Program-made: the position numbers and the translations under genes
The notes under the pieces: model-generated
Told to the model about the DNA's origin: nothing
The model's input: only the letters and a program-made list of their open reading frames with translations
The model's database searches: none
In this document: positions 11,201-21,238 of the stretch, in pieces
How positions within the stretch are numbered: the stretch's first letter is position 1
How the letters are laid out: each line of letters starts with the position of its first letter
Source: Zootoca vivipara
Taxonomy: Eukaryota
Length of the DNA: 64,000 nt
NCBI RefSeq assembly: GCF_963506605.1
Contig: NC_083287.1
Location: forward strand, 57,660,001 to 57,724,000
Reading direction: 5' to 3'

Positions 11201-14200
11201 GAGGTGGGAGGGGGCCCTCCCTGCGTAGCTGGATAAAACCCAGGTCTGGACCCTTCACCCCCCTCAAAGGGTCCTGCTGGAGGTGGGGTCTCAAAAGTCC
11301 CTCCCTCCTTCCGTCCCGTGGGAGTAAGTGGCAGGCTCTCTTTCTGCTTCCCCCCCCCCCCGAGTGCTGCTCCCCCTCCTCCCCATGGCACCCCTTTAGG
11401 GCGGTGTGTGCTCCCCTCTGCGTCCGCGTGCATTGAATGCATTTCGCCCCCCCCTTTCCCCCACCTCAGCCCCCCTTTCCCAGTCCCTCCCGAATTCCTG
11501 AAGTTTCCTCTGCACAAAAGGCTGGCTCCAGAGCAGATTGCCCGGGGAGCCTGTTTCCCTACCCAGGGTCGATGGGTGGGCCCTGGGGCACCTTTGGGTG
11601 GTGCCACCCGCCCACCTTATTCGTTCATTTTGACCTAACGTTGTCCTGGGGCTTTAGGGTTTCGGTTGAGGCTTCCCAGCCCTCCTCCTGGGCCTTGAGA
11701 GGACAGGGCTGGCTGCCCTTAGCCATGGCAAAGATTGGCTTGGGGGCCTTCCGAACTTGTGGAAATGATGGATGCAGTGGGTAAGAGGGAGACCGTGCCC
11801 TTTTTTATCTGAATGGTCGAAACCTGGAAATGCCTGTAATCCAAAAAGGGCTTCTCTCGGTAGGCATTCATATTCATCTGAACTTTGGCAGTTTTATACT
11901 GTACCTGTAAAATGGGGCTTATTAGGTGCCCATTCACATTTTTCCCATAGATGGATGTAGCCTCTGGTCGCCCCTGGAGTAGTGGAGTAGGGCAGTAGTG
12001 GTAGAATTATAGGACAATCCTTTGCATGTCTACTCTGAAGCAAGTTTAATCAAATTAAGTGGGAATTTCTCCTGGGTAAGTGTTTTAGCTGTTGAGTGTG
12101 AACCACCCCCAACCTATTATTTCAAGATACAGGTAGAGAACTGGAAATTTCAAAGGTTGATGTTTGCACAATCCTGTGCACGTTTACTTGGAGGTAAATT
12201 CCATTGTGTCCAGCAAACCAACCTTCCTAGCTAAAGCAGGTGCAGCATTGCTGCCTTAAATGGCCAACTCTTTTGACTTAGTGATTTGCCAACCCCAAAT
12301 CAGAGCCAAGTTGAAAAATAGTTGAAAATCGACTTGCCTAGTTGCCTTTGAAAGGTGATGCTGGTAATCAGAACCTGAGGGTTTCTTCCAACCTGGCTAG
12401 GCTGGTGCTGGAAAAAAAAAGTAGCAGGTAGTTGCCAGAGTGGGGAAAAGCAAAGACTTCTCTCTAGCCCTTGAGCCTTGGCAGAAAGTTGCCCTTGCAG
12501 TTCAGTTGGAAAACGTGCGGATGGCAGAGGTCAAAAAGATATTTGCAGCCTCTGGGGACAAGTGAGGGAATTGCTGTTGTATTTCTGGGTCCGCTGCTAA
12601 AAATGGCTTGTTTTCTGCTTTGTGGGTTGTGCTGGGAAGGCTGAAGTGGGGCTGGCTGGCGGGTGGGGCTTTGGCGCTGAGTTGGAGGAGATTGGGCTGT
12701 CAAGGAGTGGAGCTTTGTTCACTGTCGGGCCTGTTCTCCAGTTTCTTTCCTGGATCCTTAACTAGCTTCTAGATTTTCCTTGAGTGCTTCTGGCCGTGGT
12801 TTGAGTTTCCCATCTTGACAGCAAAGTGTGGCAGGAAGCGATTAACCTCAGCTTGCTAAGGTTAACTGCTGCACAACTTTCAATTCCTTAAACATTTTGT
12901 ACTAAGAAGGGATTTGTCTTTTTATTCCCCCCATTAATCAGTTCAGATTTCAAAGCTTTTGTCTGAAAGAGAGCACCTTTCCCAAGTGGAATAAACCTTA
13001 TGTGAAAGTTTTTGTAATTTGCTTTTGGGCAAAAACTATCTTGGCGAGACATGTTCCTCTGGCTGTGGGAATGGGTCTGTGCCTTTGAATGGACATGGCA
13101 GAAGAACTGTGGAATGGCTGCAACAGCAGATCCTGCTCCCACCTGTCTTCCAGAGAAGGCAGTTTTGGAATGGGATATCTCCAGAGACTGTAAGGAGCAG
13201 CCTGAGAAGGAATGATGGGGCAGGCTGGGCAGCTGCTCCCTCCTCATTCTGTCTGCCAGGCTGGACCAAGAGAGAGTGGGGACTTGGGGTGGCATTGCTG
13301 GAGGCAATTCCGTCCTTTCCTCACCCCCTGCAGACTATATTTTGTGCTGATTCCTGTCCTTGGAACAAGGCATCCCCTCTCTCTTGGTCAGAGTGTTTCA
13401 CTGTGTCCTTCACATTCACATTCCCAGTTCAGTGGGCAGGCTATTAAGTTTCAGTTTTGAAACCCAGGTTCACCACATTGGAAGGTGGTGGACTTTCCTT
13501 CTTTGTTTGAGGTTTTTAAACAGAGTTTGGATGGCCGTCTGCCAGGGATGTTTAGCTGTGATTCCGGTATTGTAGCGGATTGGACTAGATGACCCTTTGG
13601 ATCCTCTGCAATTCTGTGATGCTGTGATCCCCGCTCAGTTCTAGCATTTGCTTTGCTACCTTTGACTCTGTCTAAGCCTCCATGCGGATGAAAAGCAACT
13701 TTCCTAAGGGCCAGGGACTTCTGTAGGAACCTTTTTGAAGAAAAAAGAAGCTCGACATTCAGGATGCTGGCTTCTTTGTCCAAGATTCCAAGGCTGTGTT
13801 TTCTGGGTCAGATTCCGCAGTGCCCTGAGATCTTGGGATCAGGCAGTTAAAGTAAGGATGGGAAGGCAGTGGACCAGAAGGCAGAAGAAGTGTCGGCAGA
13901 GGCTCAGGGGGGAAAGCCTTGCTGTGTCAGGAAGTCCCCAAGTGGGAAATGAAAGCAAGAACTCTCTCGTGAGCTAGTGCCTCACAGCCAATGGTATTCT
14001 GTGGCATCCATGAGACTGCAGAAAGCCACCATGACTAGTAGCCATTCAGTAGCCTTCAAGGATTTGTCTAATCCTCTTTTAGTAGCCACCACTGAGTCTT
14101 CTGGCAACAAGTTCCACAAGTGAATTGTCCAAAGAAGTCCTTTCCGTTTCCTGTCTTGAATCCCTTGCCCATAAATTTCATTGTATTATCATGTTATTTA

Positions 14201-15365
14201 TGTGTCTAAGGTTACAAATCCTTTTCAAGGTGTACAAGTAAAATAAAAACCCCACAGTGGGGTTGCTATGAAGCAGTGGCAAAGCATAAAAACAGAAAAC
14301 CTCGCCAGGACCCTCCTTGCTGAGCATTGGTGGCAGAACTCTCTCTGCAGCAGTCGGGAGCAGAGGGTGTTACTTTGGCCTGCCTGCCTCTGCCCTCTAT
14401 CATTGCCTGAGGTAGTAGTAGGGGGGGTGAGATTCCCTCCCTCCATTTTCTTATAGAATCATAAATTTGTAGGCACGGAAACAACCCAAAGGGTTATCCA
14501 GTCCAACCTGCTGCAATGCATACAGTAATTTTTACCATGCATAATTTTATAACCATCCACCATATCCCTTCTTACTCTTTTTTTTAAAATAGTGGACGGT
14601 CTCCCCATTAAAAACAAAAACAAATAGTGTACAGCCAGAAAAGATGAAGAAAACTCATCAGGAAGAGGCTTCTGCTCGTTTGGGTTGTGGTTTCCTTCAC
14701 CTTTTCTTTGTTTTTGGATGTGGAGTGACCCCGACCCCTTAGCATATGAAACACAGCAGCTTTAGCATCATCTATTTCTGGGCAGGAATCGTAGAATTGC
14801 AGAGTTTGATGGGACCCCCAAGGGCCATCTAGTCCCTGACTCTGCCACTGTAGTCCTCAACCTGTTCTTTGGCACCGGCTGCTGCTTCCTTTGGTCTTGC
14901 AATTCACATGTCTCTCCCCCCTCCCCCCCTATCCCAAGTGGTGTCTGTGTGTCTGCAAATGGAGAGGAGACCTGGCAGCATGTCGGTGCTTTTGTCTCCC
15001 TGGCAAGCATTTCCAGGTGAAAGGGTACCTTTTATTGGGCCAGCTTGTCTCCCAGAGGCTGCAAATGAGCTTATGAAATGTATATTCTTTCTTGAGTTTC
15101 TGTGTTCGGTATGCAGTAATGAACATAAGAAGAGTCTGCTGGATCAGGCCAGTGGCCCTTCTCGTTCAGCATCCTGTTCTCACGGCAGCTGGCCAGATGC
15201 CCTAACGGTTGAATCTAGTGCTTTCAAAACAACAACAACAAGCAGTTAGCTTTTCCACAGAGACTCGGAGCAATTGAGCAAAGCTAGATGATTTGCAGGG
15301 GGCTTGGGCTACACTGGGCCTCAGCACCCTGTTTGCTTAACCTCTTCTCCTCCCGGTTGATGCAG

Positions 15366-15505
15366 GGCCTTTCAGAAGGAGCAGCAAAAATAAACCGCCA
15401 GAAGGATGGTCAGACTCGCAGGACGAATCCTGTTGCCGAGGAGAAACATGGTCTCCCCTCCCTGGATAACTGTCCTAGGAAATGCCTGCAAGGGGGGCTG
15501 CCCAG
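15366..15505 (+). other. Upstream exon of ZNF gene 1 carrying the ancestral start MPARGAAQ (15482-15505) and a second ATG at 15406
   Basis: Pyrimidine-rich tract ...tgcag| acceptor and CAG|gtaggg donor. The 24-nt ATG..CAG phase-0 segment has the same layout as REPIN1 MAGGSLAQ. Confidence 0.65.
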
Positions 15506-16640
15506 GTAGGGTGAGGGCAGGGGAAGTCTGAGCCGTGGGTTGGAGCTCTCTGGGGCAGCTGCCTTGCTTGGGGAAGGCTCCTCAGCCCTGAACACTGACC
15601 ATTCTGCCTGGGGCTGATGGGATGCCATCATCTTCTGGAGGCCACCATGTTGACCATCTCCACCCTGTGCACTTTGATGGGCATGGCTTGGCTCCAGCGG
15701 ATGCCACCATTTGATGATGGTGACTAGCGCTAGGCGTGTAGGGCTTCCTCCCACAGATAGGGTGGGGGTGGGAGCCCCCCCAATGCGAAGCACACACAAC
15801 ATAGGCATAGAACCTAAGAAGTGCCTGCTGGATCAGGCCAGTGCCCCACCCAGTCCAGCTTCAGGACGGCTCCTCCTCCTATAAGCTTGAATATTTTATC
15901 TGGCAACAATAGTTTACAACAGTCTTCAAAAAACAGACGTTAAGCCAACCAGCCTGTAATTTCCAGGATCCCCCTTAGATCCCTTTACAAAAACCGTTGT
16001 CACAATGGATACTTTCCAATCCTCAGGTATGGAGGCTGATCTGAGGAACAAGTGACATATTTTTTTTGTTAGAAGATCAGCCGCTGCACATTTGAGTTCT
16101 TTGAGAACTCCGTGAGAGGTGCTGCGTCTAATCTTTCTCCCCATCATGAACTTGTAGCGTTCCCACTGGGTCCTCGGTGGCACAACACCTGCTTTGAATG
16201 CAGAAAGCCCCAGGTTCGGTCCTTGAAGGCATCTCCTGTCATTCCTGGCCGCTGGCCATAAACATCCCGTTCTCACTTTTGCCCCCTAGATGCCTCGGTG
16301 GGAAACCAGGGAGCAGAGCATGAGCACCAGAGCCCTCTCCCCCCCCCCCCGGTGGTTTCCAGCATCTGGATGCATTGTAGCCATCCTGGTGGGGCTGATG
16401 GGAGTTATAGTCCAGCCACATCTGGGGAGCACATCCCTGCTGGTCCGAGGCTGTGGCTTTGGTATAAAGGGGCTCCTGCCGCTCCCGGGTTGGGCTTCCT
16501 GGTCCTGAAGTGGCTTCCTCAGAGCAGGGCAAGCGCTGACCGGTCCATCTTGTCGCAGCAGGTGACGTCTGAGCCTCCCCTGGTCTGCGTCTCCCCGGAG
16601 GAGGTCCCGGAGAATCCGCAAGGAGTCGCTGGGTGTGGTG

Positions 16641-16671
16641 ATGGAGAACTACGAGCTGGTCACTTCCCTGG
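16641..16671 (+). CDS. ZNF gene 1 probable start (MENYELVTSL-G) within a frameshifted KRAB-A relic exon (16559/16562-16671)
   Basis: ENYELVTSLG is the KRAB-A C-terminus. Strong Kozak gtgATGG, in-frame TGA upstream at 16563-16565, donor G|gtaaga phase 1. Confidence 0.7.
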
Positions 16672-16853
16672 GTAAGATGCCACTGGTTTTGTTTGGGGGA
16701 GGCGGTTGCTTGCCAAAAGCTTTGTTGGCTTGCCTGTTGGGAGCCTCAGAAAGGCTCGTCTCCTCATTCACGCTGGCTCTGCTCAAGAGGGGCGAGCTTC
16801 CTTCACCAGGCAATGCGGAACGAGGCAGAGAAACTACCGTACAACTGCAGATA

Positions 16854-17096
16854 CAGTGGTACCTCGGAAGTCAAACGTTCTGGAACTCCGTTTAACTTCT
16901 AAAACATTTGGAAACCATAGTGCGGCTTCTGATTGGCTGCAGGAAGCTCCTGCAGCCGATTGGAAGCTGCGTAAGCTGCATCGGACATTTGAATTCCAAA
17001 GAACGTTCGCAAACTGGAAAACTCACTTCCGGGGTTGCAGTGTTTGGGAGCCAAAACGTTTGAGTCACAAGGCATTTGGGATCCAAGGTACGACTG
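16854..17096. mobile_element. Tc1/mariner (Tigger/pogo-like) MITE
   Basis: TA|CAGTGGTACCT...AGGTACGACTG|TA terminal inverted repeats with TA TSD. Confidence 0.85.
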
Positions 17097-17739
17097 TATT
17101 GTGAGGGCCAGAGAGTCAGTCAGCCTCTTTCCTCCCAATTGTTAGGTCTCCACTCCAGGCAGCAGAGGGTCCCCAGGTGAAGAGCCAGCACAGCTTCCCC
17201 CTAGCATGTGACGCTGGAGCCCAGCTCTGAGGTTTCAACAGCATGCTTGGTGGCGGCTGGCTGAGTCTGCTTTGGTGCAGGAGTTCATTGGGGTTACTTA
17301 ACATAAGAAGAGCCTGCTGGATCCGGCCAGTGGCCCATCCAGCCCAGAATCCCGATGGCCCCACCAGATGCAAGCAGAATCCGAGCTCAACAGCAGCTCT
17401 CCCCCATCCCTTGGCTTCTGGCAACTGGGATTCCGAAGCATTGCAATCTGACTGTGGAGGCAGACTAGAGCCAATAGCCATTAACAGTCCTCTTCCTCCA
17501 TCCGTTTGCCATACATTTGCTTTCGTGTGTAGATGTGATCCTGCGGTAGATATGTTTACTGGAAAGAAGCCCTCTACCTTTAAGATCCTGCCCTGGGGTG
17601 TTGTGGGGTACAGAGGGGGCCGCCTCTCCAATGCATCTGCCTTCAAGGAGTGCTCCTTTCTCTGTGCCAGGTGTGGAAACCTGAGTCAGCCTTTTAAAAG
17701 CCACCGCAATGGAGCGTAATGGTGTTCCTCCTTCTCCAG

Positions 17740-17850
17740 GCTACCCGGTTCTCAAACCTGATCTCCTGTCTCGGATCGAGCGTGCTGGAGAGCAGTGTGT
17801 TGGTGATCAGCTGGACTCTAGCAGAGGGATTCCAGCAGATCCCTGCCCAG
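17740..17850 (+). CDS. ZNF gene 1 KRAB-B-like exon 1: (G)YPVLKPDLLSRIERAGEQCVGDQLDSSRGIPADPCP
   Basis: cttctccag|G acceptor, CAG|gtaagc donor, 111 nt, phase 1/1. KPDLLSRIE is a KRAB-B motif. Confidence 0.85.
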
Positions 17851-18475
17851 GTAAGCCACCAAGCAGAGTGGGAGCACTGGATCACCTTCATCAGTTTTGT
17901 TGAATTAATCGAACTAAATTTAGATTTGGAATATTTGTGCAATTAATTGTTAACGGTTTCTAATTTTATTGCGCTATCATATTCCTTGGTGGGTCGTATT
18001 CAGAACTGCTGTTCTGAATAATAAGCTTAAGAGTAGGGTTGGGGGCGCTGGGGTTGAGAACAGTGTTTGAGAACAAGGCGCAGTGTTTGAGAACAACTGC
18101 TCTGGAGGGCACCAGTTTGGGGGTGGCTGTTACAGAATGTGGTGGTGATATTATAACTGTGACCCTTGAAAAGGTGGAGGTTCTCTTCTTGCTGCTGCTC
18201 CCCCCCCCCCAGTTTTCTCTTGCACTGCTGCAAATATGCCTTGCTGTCACTTCAGCCCACCTTCCAGAAACAGAGATAAAAGCCACGGAGGCCACGGCCA
18301 GAGTTTCTGGAGGCCCTTGTCACACAGTGCCTGTGGTACCTTTTGGCTTCGGTCCCTCTGCAGGTGTGGCCCCTTCATCTTCTTCTGAGTCTCCCTGTTG
18401 GCTAAGAAGGCGAGTGCAGGTTTTTCACACACAGAGAGCAGGCAGCAAAACTTAACCCCTTCTTCCCTGCGCCAG

Positions 18476-18589
18476 GCTACCGGTTCTTCAAACCCGAGAG
18501 CTTATCCTGGATCGAACGGTGGGAAGAGCTTGGCGTCACGGATCGCCAGAAGCTGGAGGAAGGCAAGCTGTGCACAGGCTCCTGCCAAG
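18476..18589 (+). CDS. ZNF gene 1 KRAB-B-like exon 2: (G)YRFFKPESLSWIERWEELGVTDRQKLEEGKLCTGSCQ
   Basis: Branch/pyrimidine tract ...gccag|G, AAG|gtgagg donor, 114 nt, phase 1/1. KPExLSWIE is a KRAB-B motif. Confidence 0.78.
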
Positions 18590-19607
18590 GTGAGGGTGTT
18601 GCCTATTGGCTGACTCCAGGAGCAGTGTTGGGTTGCCAGGCCAATGGGGAAGGAGCCTGTGGCCCTTTGGGTGACATTGGACTTCAGTTCCCATAATCCC
18701 TGGCCAGAGACTATGCTGGCGAAGGGAACTGATGGGAGTTGGGAGCCGGACGATATTTGGGAGAGCCACTTCTGTTCTAAAATAATAAATAACGAGGTAT
18801 CCATTTATTTACCATTCTCTGCAGCCACAGCAGGTGCTGCGATTTGCCGGCTGTTTGACCTCACCCCTCGAGGTGCACTCCATTGTCTCTTGAGGCAGAC
18901 GGATAAGAACAACCCCTTTATTCTAAAAATAAAATAAAATGGTTTGCTCCCCTCCCAGCCCTGAATGTACATGCTGGATGTTGTCTGGATCGTTGCCTGC
19001 GTAAAAATATGGCATGTTGTGGACCTTTTCACTCCCCCAGCAGCCTGGCCCTAAACATTCACGGCATACTTCCTTATTCTTATTCTTTAGTTGGTTTTTT
19101 TATTGTTTACATATTTTATTTTGTTGTTGTTGTTTACATATATTTATAACATGGCAAGTATAGCAATAGAGGCCAAGTAAAATAAGAAAGGAATAACTAG
19201 AAATAAACATATAGGAACAAAGTTCCATACCAAAATAAAATAATAAATACCACCAGGTTTCAAGTAACACAAGTGAAGTGGGCTCACATTATCCTGGACC
19301 TTATTACTTCAGTATATTGTAAAAACAGTCCATTAATTGATAAATACATTGCCTTGTCGTCTGCCCTGTCTGGTTCTCACCATATATGTAAGCTTAACCC
19401 TGCCTACCATACCCCAGATTGGGTTATACATTCTCTCATAAGCTTAGGAGTGGCCTTTGATTCTTTTCCCGAGAGAATTTGTGCACAAAACGAAGCTTCT
19501 CCCTTCTTCTGCAAAGGCCTCCTTGTGCTTTGTTCCTCTCGCCCCTTCTCATGCTTCATTTCCACCTCTTTTCTCCCTCCCCCTTTCTCTCTTCCCACCC
19601 CCTTCAG

Positions 19608-20655
19608 GAGCAGCCGGCCGCGGCAAGGCCATCAAGGAGGAGGAAGGTGGCCAGAAGGGCTTTGTGGCCAGCTTAGAGCGCTACCAGCTCTTCCCCGACA
19701 GCTCCCGAGCGGGCCTTTTCCTGGCGCCCAACGCTGCCCAGCTGCGGGCACAGCAGCCTCGTGTCAAGAAGGAGGAAGCGGCCTCATGTGAGCCGGGCCT
19801 GTGTGGCCCCGGGCGCCCCTCTCAGGGCCTGGGCTCGGGCCCCTTCGCCTGCGTGGTTTGTGGGAAGTGCTTCCGCCAGAAGCAGGGTCTCATCACGCAT
19901 GGGCGCATCCACACGGGCGAGAAGCCCTACCCCTGCCTAGAGTGCGGCAAGCGCTTCCGCCAGCGCCCCAACCTGCTGACGCACCAGCGGGTGCACACAG
20001 GCGAGCGGCCCTTCCCCTGCCTGCGCTGTGGCAAGCGCTTCAGCCAGAAGGCCAACCTGGCGGCTCACCAGCGCACCCACGCCGTCCAGGAGGGGCTGAT
20101 TGCCCCAGAGCCCAAGACGCCCGTGCCGCGGGGCAGCCGCCAGACGGAGAAGCCCTTCCCCTGCAACGTCTGCGGGAAGAGCTTCAGCCAGCGGCCCAAC
20201 CTCATCACCCACCAGCGGATCCACACGGGCGAGAAGCCTTTCGCCTGCACCGAGTGCGGGAAGCGCTTCAACCAGCGCGCCAACCTCATCACCCACCGCC
20301 GCATCCACTCGGGCGAGAGGCCCTTCCCCTGCGCCACCTGCGGCCGCCGCTTCAGCCAGAAGGGCAACCTTGCTGCCCACCAGCGCACCCACTCCCAGCA
20401 GAGGCCCCACGCCTGCTCCTGCTGCCCCAAGCGCTTCAAGGGAGAGTCGGCCCTCCGAGCGCACCAGAGGACCCACCGGCAGGTCCTGGGCGCTGACCCG
20501 CTGGCCGGAGCCCTCTTGGCGGTGGCTCCTGGCCTCCAGCAGCAGGCCCCCCTCCCCGGGGACCCCACCTCGGCCGCGCAGAGGGCCACGCCGGCCCCCC
20601 GCCAGGATCTGCCCGGGGACCCCACTCCGGGCGTCCATCGGGCTGCCCCCTCCGG

Positions 20656-20687
<32 letters not shown>

Positions 20688-20689
20688 CA

Positions 20690-20721
<32 letters not shown>

Positions 20722-21238
20722 GCACGGAGCCCCTCATGGGCCACAGAGTCTTCCCGCGGACCCTCCACCTGGTCCCCACGCAGCAGCGGGCCCCACTGGA
20801 CACCTCCAGGGTGTGGCCCCCGGCTCGGAGCAAGGGCCGAAGCTGAGTGCCCCGCCGGCCGTGATGGACCCCCACGCCGAGATGCTCCACTGCCAGCGCC
20901 GGCTGAGCCTGCCAGCGCTGCCCACCTCCAGCGCCCATTCCGTGGTGCCCATGGGGCAACCGCAGCCCATCACCACCAAACCCAAGAGCCTGGTGGGGCC
21001 GCGGCTGGACGCCCCTGGCGAAATGCTCCACTGCCTCTGCCACGCCAGCAGGGCCTCGCTGGTCATTCCTCACCCGCCCCACCTGGGGCAGCTCCAGGCG
21101 GGGGCCAGGGATGCACCTGGCCGCGCCTGGCTGGGCATCCCGTGCCCGGCCCGCACCCTGCAGCTCCAGCAGGGGGCCCAGGGCCACCCCGCCGCCCCCA
21201 ACCCCAGACTCTGCTCCATCCCGGATTCCCTGCGATAG
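19608..21238 (+). CDS. ZNF gene 1 terminal exon: 7 C2H2 fingers (3+4) followed by a Pro/Gln-rich tail with Q10-P-Q11
   Basis: Long pyrimidine tract ...ccttcag|GA, phase 1, in frame with ORF 19457..21238. TGEKP/TGERP linkers; stop TAG at 21236-21238. Confidence 0.93.
20657..20722 (+). repeat. Coding CAG/CAA repeat (Q10PQ11)
   Basis: Read directly from the sequence. Confidence 0.97.

Noticed and set aside
19457-19607. N-terminal extensions of ORFs 19457, 37135 and 50251
   Set aside because: Intronic polypyrimidine tract or TE sequence upstream of clear AG acceptors.
19801-20846. Long alternative-frame sense ORFs within ZNF exons (also 37419-38207 and 50739-51449)
   Set aside because: Explained by high GC and stop-codon scarcity; low-complexity products.
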